DNA of 64,000 bases from Nitrosopumilus sp. (GCA_965218785.1 OZ244650.1:1-64000); one strand, 5' to 3'; numbered from the stretch's first letter, positions 10,035-20,496 are shown. The notes: generated by a model not told the origin, from the letters alone. Program-made: numbers and translations.

Positions 10035-10583
10035 ATGAACAAAGAGAGACTGGTTCTGTTTTTCATCTTTTTGGCAAGCTTTGTCGTGGTTTTTCAGCTC
10101 GGTTCAATGTCTACCGTATCTGAGGAGGACGCAGACGCATTCATGACCGAATTTGAATCGCTTGTTTTAGATATTGACGGCTTTGGAATCTTTGCACATA
10201 ATACAACTATTGCGATGCTGATGTTCATTCCGGGATTCGGTGTTGTGTGGGGCTTTTTCTCGGCATGGCTGACGGGGTATGCCTTTGCCGCAATAACTAC
10301 TGCCACCCCCGAGCTGTCGGGGATACAGCCGCTTACAGTCCTTTTTTTGTCCCCCTTTGGATTAATGGAGATTACGGCATACTCGCTGGGGCTATCTAGA
10401 AGCTTTATCCTGATTCGGGCAATCTTCAAAAGAGATAATCTGATCCAGTTTATCAGGCCGACTGTAATAGAGATCGGAATCGTGGTTGGACTTCTTTTGG
10501 CGGGCGGATATATAGAATTCTACATGATAGAGATGATTCAACAACAGCAAGACGGCGGTCTGGAACAGCTTCCTGAGATCTGA
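10035..10583 (+). CDS. SpoIIM/DUF95-like integral membrane protein
   Basis: IFAHN...FIPGFG, PFGLMEITAY and AGGYIEF pattern; several TM helices. Confidence 0.7.
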   Translation: MNKERLVLFFIFLASFVVVFQLGSMSTVSEEDADAFMTEFESLVLDIDGFGIFAHNTTIAMLMFIPGFGVVWGFFSAWLTGYAFAAITTATPELSGIQPLTVLFLSPFGLMEITAYSLGLSRSFILIRAIFKRDNLIQFIRPTVIEIGIVVGLLLAGGYIEFYMIEMIQQQQDGGLEQLPEI

Positions 10584-10688
10584 GCCTGTTGCCAGTAGGC
10601 GTGATTTGAGGCTGGCAAATTCGTGATTGATATTAACCAAGATGTTACGTATCTTAGTCTAGAAATGAATATAACATATCTTTCTTAA

Positions 10689-12173
10689 TTGAGTTTGTTG
10701 AATTTAAAAATTATAATTCCCGTACTGGGGCTGCTCTTCCTGATTTTGCCGTTATCCCAGATAGACGGGCAGGAATCCAAAAAGATAGTCGGGGAGGATG
10801 AAAATTCAAAGATCACAATAGAACTCACTGACGGCGTGCCAGTCTCATATTCCCTTGATTACACCCATGACGGTTCTGAGAAGGTCACGCTGGAGAATCC
10901 CTTTTCAAAATTCAAGATAAAAGAAGACAGGTTTTTAATTATTGATCCTGCAAACTCTGTTGTAATTCTCGGTAAAAACATTGCCGATAAAAAATACATT
11001 ATAGTATCCAAAATAAAAATTGATTCTGAAAAAGTAACAAAGAGATGGATTATAGATATAGAAAAGCCAAAAATACCCACAGGACAGCGCAACTTGTTTG
11101 AAGAGGCCAGCCGGGTGGCAGAACCGGTAGTTGATGATTCGTTTAAAGCGGCTTATAACAAGGCAAAGGCTGAAAGAATAGCCCAGGCCGAAGCAGAACA
11201 CCAGAAAAACCTGATAAGACTTGACGAGACAAACGCCAAAAAATCAACGACACGTGACGCGAATACGGGCCTAAGTTATGAAGATTATAAAAAACAGTCA
11301 TACGACAGGGACGATGACAGAACACTGCCAAAGAATGTTTCAAAAAACACATCCAATGCGACCTCTTTGAAGGTGTTTGTATCATCACCCCATTCTGTTG
11401 AATGGAAGAGGAGCTGGGATTATGACGTTTTGGTTACTGATGAAATTAAAACCCAGTACAAGTCAAACTACAAGTCATTTATTGGAAATCCCATAGAGGA
11501 TGCCGCCGTTTCAACCGTGATAAAGAATCCGTCTGGCTCTGTTCTGGATGAATCAAGCGGTGAGACTGGTGCAGATGGTCTGTATGATGATTTTTACATA
11601 ATACCTGATCAATCCACTCAGAGGGGGGCATATGTCTTGGAGGTTACTGCCACCAAATCCATTGATGGTGTGATGTATGAAGTCTCTACAGAAAAGGAAT
11701 TCTTTGTTACTGCAGATTCAGGCAGTTACAATAATCCGCCAGTTGCCAATTTTACTGCAAGTGTGGATAACGACGTCTTTATCATAGATGACATTATGAA
11801 GGACGCAAAAGCTAACCCATTTATGGTAACTGGCACACCTGTGACAGTAATGTTGGATGGATCCCACAGTGATGATGTGGATGATGACAATGATGATTTA
11901 ATTTTTACTTGGAGTGTTAATACTGATGCTGATGCTGATGCTGCGACGTGGTTATATCCCTTAGTTGATGATGATAATCTTACTCGTTTCTTCAACGCAA
12001 CCAACTTAACACAAAGGTTAACACCAGATCAATTAGAAAAAGAATCCGAAGTTGTTATTTTCCTCAACACGACAGCTATGACTACTTTTGACTTTGAATT
12101 AGATGTAAGTGATGGAAGAAAAACCAGTAAAATACCAGCTGAGATTAGTCTAACTGTGAATATATTATCATGA
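10689..12173 (+). CDS. Secreted/surface protein with Ig-like and C-terminal PKD-like domains
   Basis: Signal peptide; NNPPVA...VMLDGSHSDDVD...LIFTWS...FELDVSDG resembles PKD/REJ repeats. Confidence 0.65.
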   Translation: MSLLNLKIIIPVLGLLFLILPLSQIDGQESKKIVGEDENSKITIELTDGVPVSYSLDYTHDGSEKVTLENPFSKFKIKEDRFLIIDPANSVVILGKNIADKKYIIVSKIKIDSEKVTKRWIIDIEKPKIPTGQRNLFEEASRVAEPVVDDSFKAAYNKAKAERIAQAEAEHQKNLIRLDETNAKKSTTRDANTGLSYEDYKKQSYDRDDDRTLPKNVSKNTSNATSLKVFVSSPHSVEWKRSWDYDVLVTDEIKTQYKSNYKSFIGNPIEDAAVSTVIKNPSGSVLDESSGETGADGLYDDFYIIPDQSTQRGAYVLEVTATKSIDGVMYEVSTEKEFFVTADSGSYNNPPVANFTASVDNDVFIIDDIMKDAKANPFMVTGTPVTVMLDGSHSDDVDDDNDDLIFTWSVNTDADADAATWLYPLVDDDNLTRFFNATNLTQRLTPDQLEKESEVVIFLNTTAMTTFDFELDVSDGRKTSKIPAEISLTVNILS

Positions 12174-12434
12174 GAGAGCCACGGTGATGATACTAATCCT
12201 ATTCACACGTGTATAGCAGACGGATGCCTGCCGCGATTCCATCTCCGTAAAGCAGAATTAATCATTCATCTCAAAGACCACAAACATTTAGAGACAAATC
12301 CCGATTTTAATTTTGAAACCATAATTAATTCAGATCTTGGGGGCAAAATCATGTGTTATTACCTCATTACTTTCACACACACAAGACAGAACCACTATTT
12401 CCAGCACGGCTGATGTCCAGCACCACCCAAAAAA

Positions 12435-13151
12435 CTAGTCTTTCCACTGCCACTTGTAATTCATGTATGAATCCCTCTCTGCCTGATCAAAGACCATCAC
12501 ACACAGATCAGAAAACTCTTTGCCCTCCAAATCCTTTACATTCCCCGCAAAACAGGTCTCATCCCCAGTCGTCACTGCCTCAAACACGTGTACCTTCATC
12601 TTACCGGTGGGAAAACCGTGTTCACGAAGATACACCGCTATCTCTGAAGGCATGAAATGCTTGTCTGGCTGCTTTGGCCAGGGTCTTGGAACCAGAACCA
12701 CGCTAAAGCCGTCAATTAACGCCCTTTGCAGTTCCAGCTTTTTCTCCTCAATCGGAGTTGTAACATGCATTGTAATTACCTTGGATTTATCCAGTGGCAC
12801 TCCTGCCATCGATGCGGCAACCTGCACCGAACTAATTCCCGGAACAATCTCCACCCCGCCAAAAATTTCCACCAGCCTGTCTACCACCTCTGATTCTGAA
12901 AAATTCACGTCTCCTGTAAACGGAACCACCAGCGTTCCCTCGCCAAGCTCCAGCAAAATCTTCTGGTACGTCTCCTCCTGGTTACCCATCGTAATCTCGT
13001 GGATCTCCTTTCCCTGAATCAAGGACTCGATTGTTTTTAGCGTGTATTTGTAACCTGCCACAACATTACAGTTACAAAGAATCTCCTTTACAATCCCAGT
13101 TACATATTTTGGCGAACCCGGACCGACACCAACAGCATAGACTTTACCCAA
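12435..13151 (-). CDS. cbiE: Precorrin-6Y C5-methyltransferase (CbiE-like tetrapyrrole methylase)
   Basis: Motifs VGVGPGSP, TGD and IVPGISSVQVAA. Confidence 0.85.
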   Translation of the reverse strand: MGKVYAVGVGPGSPKYVTGIVKEILCNCNVVAGYKYTLKTIESLIQGKEIHEITMGNQEETYQKILLELGEGTLVVPFTGDVNFSESEVVDRLVEIFGGVEIVPGISSVQVAASMAGVPLDKSKVITMHVTTPIEEKKLELQRALIDGFSVVLVPRPWPKQPDKHFMPSEIAVYLREHGFPTGKMKVHVFEAVTTGDETCFAGNVKDLEGKEFSDLCVMVFDQAERDSYMNYKWQWKD

Positions 13152-13152
13152 C

Positions 13153-13641
13153 CTACTCACGATACTGCCTGTCTTTAATATATTGCACAAAGGGCCTCCA
13201 GTCCACCTTCATGTATTTGGTGGGCTCTTTCATTGGATACTTTACCCAGTCCTGCGCTATCGCATACTGGAACTTTTCTTTCTTCCCGTCTTTTTCATAT
13301 TCCAACTTTAAGACGCCGCCCCAGACCTTATCCTCATAATTAATCCTGGAAATATCAGTAAATGCCAGCTCGCTGTTTTTCGGATTCCCCAGATCCTCCA
13401 CAAGATCCACCTCGTTATACCCGTCATGCCGAATCATCGTGGTCTTTGATCTGAGAAAACCAATCACCTGTCTCTGTGTGACTGCCCTCCACCAGTTCAT
13501 CTTGGCCCCCGTTTTGTGTACAAACACCAGATGCCTGTCAGTTAGCACCAGCATTCCCTCTCTTCCGCCAATTGACATGAATTTTTCAGATTCCCTCCAT
13601 ACTGAAACCAGATGTGCCTGAATCTTCTCACCAGATTCCAT
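13153..13641 (-). CDS. Conserved hypothetical protein (PH-like fold possible)
   Basis: 162-aa ORF with GMLVLTDRHLVF, adjacent to cbiE. Confidence 0.65.
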   Translation of the reverse strand: MESGEKIQAHLVSVWRESEKFMSIGGREGMLVLTDRHLVFVHKTGAKMNWWRAVTQRQVIGFLRSKTTMIRHDGYNEVDLVEDLGNPKNSELAFTDISRINYEDKVWGGVLKLEYEKDGKKEKFQYAIAQDWVKYPMKEPTKYMKVDWRPFVQYIKDRQYRE

Positions 13642-13715
13642 ATCGGTGGTCTGTCAGGCTTTGTTAAAAACCAATACAATTAGCTTTTAAGTAACCCATT
13701 ATTTACAAAAAAATC

Positions 13716-15209
13716 ATGCATAGAATATTTCTAATAATGGCCGTTACGTTATTCCTACCTGGTTTTGTAGATCAGATATCTGCCCAGAACTATGAACCAC
13801 TGGTAGTCCTGGAAACCAATCTTGGAAACATTGTAATAGAATTCTTCCCCGATGATGCACCAAATCACGTTGCGAACTTTATCGAACTGGCCGGATCCGG
13901 ATCCTATGATGGAACTTTATTCCATAGGATAATTCCCGGATTTATGATTCAGGGCGGCGATCCAAATACAATCAACGGCGACCCAAGCACCTGGGGAACA
14001 GGCGGTCTGGTCCAAAACATAAATGCCGAATTTAACACGATAGAACACGACCGTGGAATCGTATCCATGGCACGCGCTACCGATCCGGACAGTGCCGGCT
14101 CGCAGTTTTTCATAGTTCATCAGGATTCCAACAACCTTGACGGGGGGTACACCGTGTTTGGCAGAATCGTAACTGATGAAAGTTTTGCGACCCTTGATGT
14201 AATCGCATCTGTTCCGACTGATGACAGCGACAGGCCAGAAGACCCAGAACGGGTAAAGGTTCTAAGGGCATACACAGCTGACCGTTCTGAGATTCCGGAC
14301 ATTCTAGAGCTTGCCGAACCCGAACGCATGCAACTACCCACAACACCGGAGGCCGGAAACCAGGAATTTGAAAGTGAAGAACACGGATTTGCCTTTATCG
14401 CACCTGACGGCTGGCTGCTGCAGGAATCCGATGGTACGCAGGCAGACGCCCCAGACGTGTACGCGGTGGGACCAAAAACAGGAGCGACAAACCCGGTAAT
14501 TACAGTAACAGTCCACGCAACAGAGGGGCGAACCCTGGATGTTTTTATCTCCGAACAAAATGAAAAATTAAAGGGGGCAATAGATTCTGGCACCCTGAAT
14601 ATCCTTTCACAGGAAAAATCAACCCTCAACGGCCATCCGTCATACGTCACCAATGCGGAAGGATACTTTTTCTCCGAAGGCATGGATCTCAATGTAAAAT
14701 TCATGGATATCGCGGTGTATACTGTTGAAAACATTTACGTAATTTCCTATAGCAACGCTCTAGATGACTTTGACTCCCTGTTTCCAAAATTCGAGGAAAC
14801 ACTTGACTCCTTTAATTTCGGCTCTGATCCCACGGGGGGATGCCTGATTGCAACTGCGACATACGGCTCTGAGCTGGCGCCACAGGTCCAGCAGTTAAGA
14901 GAACTCAGAGACAACATGATCCTCCCAACCGAATCCGGAGCCGCATTTATGGCCGGATTCAACGAGTTTTACTATTCATTCTCACCTGCAGTTGCCGACC
15001 TGGAACGGGAATCCCCCGTATTTCGAGAGGCAGTAAAACTTGCAATCACCCCGATGTTATCCACGCTGTCAATCCTAAATTATGTGGATATTGATTCAGA
15101 ACAAGAGATGCTGGGTTATGGTATCAGCCTGATGCTCCTAAATGCCTCAATGTATCTGGCAGCACCTGCAATCATTATTTACAAAATTAAAAGACAGATT
15201 ACAAATTAG
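13716..15209 (+). CDS. Secreted cyclophilin-type peptidyl-prolyl isomerase with PsbP-like and CFI-box-CTERM domains
   Basis: FHRIIPGFMIQGGDP, SAGSQFFI and YTVFG; C-terminal GGCLIATATYGSELAPQVQ followed by a TM helix. Confidence 0.9.
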   Translation: MHRIFLIMAVTLFLPGFVDQISAQNYEPLVVLETNLGNIVIEFFPDDAPNHVANFIELAGSGSYDGTLFHRIIPGFMIQGGDPNTINGDPSTWGTGGLVQNINAEFNTIEHDRGIVSMARATDPDSAGSQFFIVHQDSNNLDGGYTVFGRIVTDESFATLDVIASVPTDDSDRPEDPERVKVLRAYTADRSEIPDILELAEPERMQLPTTPEAGNQEFESEEHGFAFIAPDGWLLQESDGTQADAPDVYAVGPKTGATNPVITVTVHATEGRTLDVFISEQNEKLKGAIDSGTLNILSQEKSTLNGHPSYVTNAEGYFFSEGMDLNVKFMDIAVYTVENIYVISYSNALDDFDSLFPKFEETLDSFNFGSDPTGGCLIATATYGSELAPQVQQLRELRDNMILPTESGAAFMAGFNEFYYSFSPAVADLERESPVFREAVKLAITPMLSTLSILNYVDIDSEQEMLGYGISLMLLNASMYLAAPAIIIYKIKRQITN

Positions 15210-15267
15210 AATTTTTAATTTTCTCACAGTTTTACGAGTTGGATCATTCCAATCATTTACATATCTG

Positions 15268-15313
15268 GGTTCTGTTGCATTTTGGTGATCAGACGCTGGA
15301 ATCCAGCAGACCC
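15268..15313 (+). repeat. Dispersed ~47-bp imperfect palindromic repeat, copy A
   Basis: GGTTCTGTTGCATTTTGGTGATCAGACGCTGGAATCCAGCAGACCC. Confidence 0.85.
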
Positions 15314-15451
15314 TGACTGGACACTCTTTGCTTTTAGATCAGTGCTGGGAAAATTTGAATTTATGGCATAATTTTATTCGAAATGGGCACACAATCGGCA
15401 CCTCTGACTTTGTAATGCAAGTTAAATCTATCAAAGATTATAAAAAAACTA

Positions 15452-15804
15452 ATGGCTGTAAAAAAACTAGTAGGATTTATTTGCTTGTATAATGTTGTTA
15501 GGATTTACATCATTTGGGTTCCCAGAACCACTAAAATTTCAGTTAGATCAAGGAATGGAAATTGAAGAATTACAATGTAATAATCCAGAACATGTGCTTG
15601 TGCTTCGCACCAATGGAAAGATAGCGTGTGTAACAACTAACTGCTGAGAAAATGAAATGGGGAAAAATAATCTCTACAGGAATCCTTGATGATGATGTTG
15701 TTAAGGAAGCCATCCTCGATAATTCATCAACTCTTACTCCAAATGATGTAGATTCAATAGAGTATGATGCGGCCTTGATGTCTATTCTGGAAATCTTGAC
15801 CTGA
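15452..15804 (+). pseudogene. Frameshifted, truncated paralogue of the downstream 723-aa surface protein
   Basis: Fragments PEPLKFQLDQGMEIEELQCNNPEHVLVLRTNGKIACVT and TAEKMKW; 15700-15793 matches 16329-16422 at 92/94 nt. Confidence 0.8.
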
Positions 15805-15956
15805 AATTTGAAATGCCCACACCTCATACAACAGAACCTGACAAAGCAGGACAAACAACATCTAAACACCGTATTTTGGCGGCTGTTTATTCATCCATAC
15901 GATCAGAGTTATCTTTTGATCCTAATTCTTTTAATGTATGAGACAAATCTGACTGT

Positions 15957-18128
15957 GTGAGAAAGACAGGCATCATCTTTGCAAGTGTGATATTATCATT
16001 AATTTTACTCTCAGGCATTACCATACCATCTTACTCTGATTATCTATCTCCAAAAAAACAGCTGGAATCAGGTGTGTTACCCGAGGATGTGGTGTGTAAA
16101 GTGAATAGAATCCTGGTGATTCGGGATAACGGATCTCCGGCATGTGTAACTGAAAAGACCGCAGAAAAGAAGGGATGGAGGATAGTTGCAGAGAGCACCG
16201 AGCATCCTACCGCATCAGTCTCTGAACACTCGGAGCTTCAGGATACCGCATCAGTACCAGACAGCGTGAAAATAGGCGGGGAGTCAGTCGATGTGGCACA
16301 AACCTATACGGATGATGATGATGATGATGTTAAGGAAACCATCCTCGATAATTCATCAACTCTTACTCCAAATGATGTAGATTCAATAGAGTATGATGCG
16401 GCTTTGATGTCTATTCTGGAAACAGATTTGGTTTTTGCCAACAAGCAGCTTTATCCAAATGTGGTTTATCCGGCCGGAACGCATGAAGCCCTAAAATGGC
16501 CAACATATGAGGTAACTTTTCCTAGAATGGCACAGGTTGGTGTACCGTTTGATGTAGTTTATGACTATGCATATGTGATACCTGATGAGGAAACTGGAAG
16601 TTATGTAAACTTTAATGAGCAATGTGAAAATTGTGCAAGTGATTATTTTTCTGCAAGAGTCTCAAGTTTTGTTGATGTGGAATCAGATAATTTGGAATAT
16701 TTCAGTGAGACTTTTGATCAAGAAATGATTCCAATGAGAAATTATGCTCATTATTATTACGTCCCAGAGTTTGATAACACAAAGCCTCTCCAAGAAATAT
16801 TTACTTTTGTTATCAACGAGCCTGGTGAGGTCTATCGAATTGGTGAAATCAATGTTTCCATAAATCAAGACAATAAGGATTTGGTCTACTTTTATGTGGG
16901 TGGGAATGGAACCATCCTCTTTGATCCATTGATAGAAAAAGAGACGTTTGCACAAAGTTCGTTTGCAACATCTAGTGTTCCATCTGTGATGAATACTGCA
17001 TCTATAATAAAGACAGAAATCGAAAAGCTACAGGAAAGACCACATGATCAACTGGGTAGAACAGAAGTTCATGTTGTATATGATCCTGATAACCCTCCTG
17101 ATTTTCCTGAATTTATGTGGGCTCATTATGCGGGATGGCTACTTGAATACTATCCTGACACAGATTACAGGGAATGGTTGTTAGAAGGCCATTTTACAGA
17201 AGATTGGATAAATAGATTTCTTACAGCACATCCAGAACTAGAGAATTTATCAACTCCAATAGAGTATGATGCGGCTTTGATGTCTATTCTGGAAACAGAT
17301 TTGGTTTTTATCAACAAGCAAATAAATCCAAATGTGTGGGGGTATATTATCAAAAAATGGCCAACATATGAGGTAACTTTTCCTAGAATGGCACAGGTTG
17401 GTGTACCGTTTGATGTGGTTTATGACTATGCATATGTGATACCTGATGAGGAAACTGGAAGTTATGTAAACTTTAATGATCGATGTGAAAATTGTGAAAG
17501 GGATTATTTTTCTGCAAGTGTCTCAAGTTTTGTTGATGTGGAATCAGATAATTTGAAATATTTCAGTGAGACTTTTGATCAAAAAATGATTCCAATGAGA
17601 AATTATACTCACTATTCTTACACCCCAGAGTTTGATAATACAAAGCCTCTCCAAGAAATATTTACTTTTGTTATCAACGAGCCTGATGTGGTCTATCGAA
17701 TTGGTGAAATCAATATTTCCATAAATCAAGACAATGATGATTTGGTCTACTTTTATGTGGATGAGAATGGAACAATCCTCCTTGATCCATTGATAGAAAA
17801 AGAGACGTTTGCACAAAGTTCGTTTGCAACATCTAGTGTTCCATCTGTGATGAATGCTGCATCTGTAATAAAGACAGAAATGGAAAAGCTACAGGAAAGA
17901 CCATATGATCAGTGGGGCAGAACAGAAATTCATGTTGTATATGGTCCTGATAACCCTCCTGATTTTCCTGAAGTTATGTGGGCCCATTATGCGAAAAATC
18001 TACTTGAATCCTATCCTGACACAGATTACAGGGAATGGTTGTTAGAAGGCCATTTTACAGAAGATTGGATAAATAGATTTCTTACAGCACATCCAGAACT
18101 AGAGAATTCAGCATCAACCAAGCAATAG
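15957..18128 (+). CDS. Secreted protein with N-terminal SPxKQ-C..C module and a tandemly duplicated ~285-aa domain
   Basis: Signal peptide; 16384-17247 duplicated at 17257-18108. Confidence 0.85.
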   Translation: MRKTGIIFASVILSLILLSGITIPSYSDYLSPKKQLESGVLPEDVVCKVNRILVIRDNGSPACVTEKTAEKKGWRIVAESTEHPTASVSEHSELQDTASVPDSVKIGGESVDVAQTYTDDDDDDVKETILDNSSTLTPNDVDSIEYDAALMSILETDLVFANKQLYPNVVYPAGTHEALKWPTYEVTFPRMAQVGVPFDVVYDYAYVIPDEETGSYVNFNEQCENCASDYFSARVSSFVDVESDNLEYFSETFDQEMIPMRNYAHYYYVPEFDNTKPLQEIFTFVINEPGEVYRIGEINVSINQDNKDLVYFYVGGNGTILFDPLIEKETFAQSSFATSSVPSVMNTASIIKTEIEKLQERPHDQLGRTEVHVVYDPDNPPDFPEFMWAHYAGWLLEYYPDTDYREWLLEGHFTEDWINRFLTAHPELENLSTPIEYDAALMSILETDLVFINKQINPNVWGYIIKKWPTYEVTFPRMAQVGVPFDVVYDYAYVIPDEETGSYVNFNDRCENCERDYFSASVSSFVDVESDNLKYFSETFDQKMIPMRNYTHYSYTPEFDNTKPLQEIFTFVINEPDVVYRIGEINISINQDNDDLVYFYVDENGTILLDPLIEKETFAQSSFATSSVPSVMNAASVIKTEMEKLQERPYDQWGRTEIHVVYGPDNPPDFPEVMWAHYAKNLLESYPDTDYREWLLEGHFTEDWINRFLTAHPELENSASTKQ

Positions 18129-18154
18129 ATTTCTTTTCCTACATGATTCTGTCT

Positions 18155-18200
18155 GGTTCTGCTACATTTTGGTGATCAGACACTGGAATCCACCAAAACC
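18155..18200 (+). repeat. Dispersed ~47-bp repeat, copy B
   Basis: GGTTCTGCTACATTTTGGTGATCAGACACTGGAATCCACCAAAACC. Confidence 0.85.
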
Positions 18201-18320
18201 CCTATCTGCAAGATTAATTCTAAAAAAATCCAGCAGAAATTACGGCGGGGATCCCTAAAACATATCTAAAAAGACTTTATTTTCATTCCAATAATTTTTT
18301 TTGATATGCTGCTTTCCCAA

Positions 18321-19694
18321 CTACCAGACATCATCGACTTCATCAAGCATCCTGTACTCTTTTTTGGTTTCACGCTTCATCAGCTTTAGCCTGGAGATAT
18401 CCCTGTCAAAGAACAGATCTATCATCCAATCAAGCAGCACCCTGATTTTCTTATCAAAGGTTGGAATCTTTGAGAGATACACGTTTCTCCAGATCACCCA
18501 GGCCCAAAACCCGGAGATGTTGGTTCCCAAAAACGTGGCAATTCCCGCCCTCTTTCCAATTATTGCCATCTGCCCCTTTGGCTTGTATGTGAATTTCTCC
18601 TTTTTCGAGCTTGTAATTAACGCCCCCAAATTTTTAGCCCCTGTCCTTGCCTGGGCCTCTGCAATCTGTGCCGTCGGGGGAAACGGCCTCTGTGATTCAG
18701 GATCCAAAATCAACGCACAGTCCCCGATTGCAAAAACCCCCGGAAAATCGGGAATCTCCAGATACTCGTTGACTATGACCTTGCCCTTGTCTGTCTTGAA
18801 CATCGACCTCTTTATCGTATTGACAGGTGTCACCCCCGCAGTCCAGATCAGAGTCTTTGTCCTGATTGCACCAGTCTTTGTATGATCAACTGGATCCTTT
18901 GGGCTCTCATCTAATGACTTTGTGGCGACCTCGTTCCCATCAAAACTGGTTACTGCCGTCTTTAGTCTGATCTCAATTCCCCTCTCCTGCATCTTTTCTT
19001 TTGCAAACTCTGCCAACTTTTGATTAAATCCAGGCAGAATCTTCGGCAGCGCCTCTAACACCACAACCTTGAGATCATCCTTGTGTATGGTCGGATAATG
19101 CTTTCGCGCATCCAAAAGCAGGTCCATCAGCTCCCCTGCAGTCTCCACTCCGGCAAACCCCCCGCCTACCACCACAAAATTCAGGAAACTTTTTCGAAGG
19201 ATTGTGTCAGTCTCATTCTCTGACTGCTCTAGCATGTCAATTATCCTGTTTCTTAGCATCACCGCATCATTTAGCGTCTTCATGGTGTAGGCGTTTTTTT
19301 CCACGTCTGCCATTCCAAAAAAGTTCGTCTGGCTGCCCAGCGCAATTACCAGAAAATCATAATGAATCGAGATGCTTCTCCTGTCCCCAGTCCCCCATAT
19401 CGTCACCAGTTTTCCATAGGGATCGATATTTTTGATCCTGCCCTCGTAAAACTTTGTCTTTTCACAGACGGTTCTAATGGGCATCACTATATGCCGGGTC
19501 TCGATCATTCCGGATGCCACCTGCGGCAGCATCGGTGTAAACAGCAGAAAATTATCCTCACTTACCATTACCAGCTCAATTTCTGGATCATCTCCGAATT
19601 TTGCTTCGAGCCGCCTGGTGCACTCTACTCCGGCAAACCCCCCGCCCAAAATAACAATCTTTTTCTTGTGTCTGGTCAATCGATCTCCCCACAT
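18321..19694 (-). CDS. Type II NADH dehydrogenase-family FAD oxidoreductase
   Basis: Two GGGFAG Rossmann motifs, plus IWTAG, FAIGD and PTAQ. Confidence 0.9.
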   Translation of the reverse strand: MWGDRLTRHKKKIVILGGGFAGVECTRRLEAKFGDDPEIELVMVSEDNFLLFTPMLPQVASGMIETRHIVMPIRTVCEKTKFYEGRIKNIDPYGKLVTIWGTGDRRSISIHYDFLVIALGSQTNFFGMADVEKNAYTMKTLNDAVMLRNRIIDMLEQSENETDTILRKSFLNFVVVGGGFAGVETAGELMDLLLDARKHYPTIHKDDLKVVVLEALPKILPGFNQKLAEFAKEKMQERGIEIRLKTAVTSFDGNEVATKSLDESPKDPVDHTKTGAIRTKTLIWTAGVTPVNTIKRSMFKTDKGKVIVNEYLEIPDFPGVFAIGDCALILDPESQRPFPPTAQIAEAQARTGAKNLGALITSSKKEKFTYKPKGQMAIIGKRAGIATFLGTNISGFWAWVIWRNVYLSKIPTFDKKIRVLLDWMIDLFFDRDISRLKLMKRETKKEYRMLDEVDDVW

Positions 19695-19733
19695 TTTGGG
19701 TGCATATATGCTATGAGAAAAAATCCGCCAAAA

Positions 19734-20405
19734 TCATCTTCGCATGATATCAGAATGTAGAATATCATATGCCCGAGACGAATCCTTTTCATTGAGGATG
19801 ATCACAATGTTGTCCTGGCTGAAAAACGCATTTGCAAGTTCTATCCCGTTTGCATGCAACACCTCTGCAACATAGGATACCACATCTGATGGATTCCGGG
19901 ATGCGGGAATCGAGATTCTGATCTTTGCAAGACCCGTACTAAACATCTCATCCCCGTCTGTGATGCTGCTAAATATCTGCCTGATATCCTCCACATCCTC
20001 TGTAAGAAATCTAAAAGAGTCAGAGAGTCTGAAAAATTCGTAATTGCTTGTTATCTTTGAGAATTTTTCCAAAATTGCCCTCGGGTCCATGCCAACTGAA
20101 TCCTTTGCAGAAAACCTGATATCCATCATCCCGTCAGTTAGTGCCAGCCGGGCATTCTTCAAAACCGATTCCTCTTTGATGTCCTGCTTGATTTCAAACG
20201 AATCTGCATACCGCTTGATTGCCACCACCACCGTATTCAGATTTACAGAATCTCCCAGAATCCTTTCAATCTCCGGCTGTATCTTTACTGCCAGCGCCGT
20301 GTAATTTATCAAATCCATCTTCATGCAGTCATAAATTGAACGGTTTCTGGTAATGATCTCCCTTACAACTTCTGGTATGGACATGCTTGAAACCCTCATT
20401 AACAT
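19734..20405 (-). CDS. Conserved archaeal protein with C-terminal ACT-like domain
   Basis: LINYTALA...VVVAIKRY at N-terminus; VSYVAEVLHANGI ACT-like segment. Confidence 0.7.
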   Translation of the reverse strand: MLMRVSSMSIPEVVREIITRNRSIYDCMKMDLINYTALAVKIQPEIERILGDSVNLNTVVVAIKRYADSFEIKQDIKEESVLKNARLALTDGMMDIRFSAKDSVGMDPRAILEKFSKITSNYEFFRLSDSFRFLTEDVEDIRQIFSSITDGDEMFSTGLAKIRISIPASRNPSDVVSYVAEVLHANGIELANAFFSQDNIVIILNEKDSSRAYDILHSDIMRR

Positions 20406-20461
20406 CCCATATCATGTCACTTATAATAGGATTATGTAAGAAATAACGTGTTTCTACCTAA

Positions 20462-20474
20462 TCTTTATATAATG
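20462..20474 (+). promoter_or_regulatory. TATA box upstream of hsp20-cdc48
   Basis: TTTATATAA ~25-33 nt before the GTG at 20497. Confidence 0.5.
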
Positions 20475-20496
20475 TCATACATATTACATACAATAG

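Noticed and set aside
16384-18108. Diversity-generating retroelement TR/VR pair
   Set aside because: Differences are not adenine-specific, the repeats are ~860 nt and both coding, and there is no reverse transcriptase in the window.
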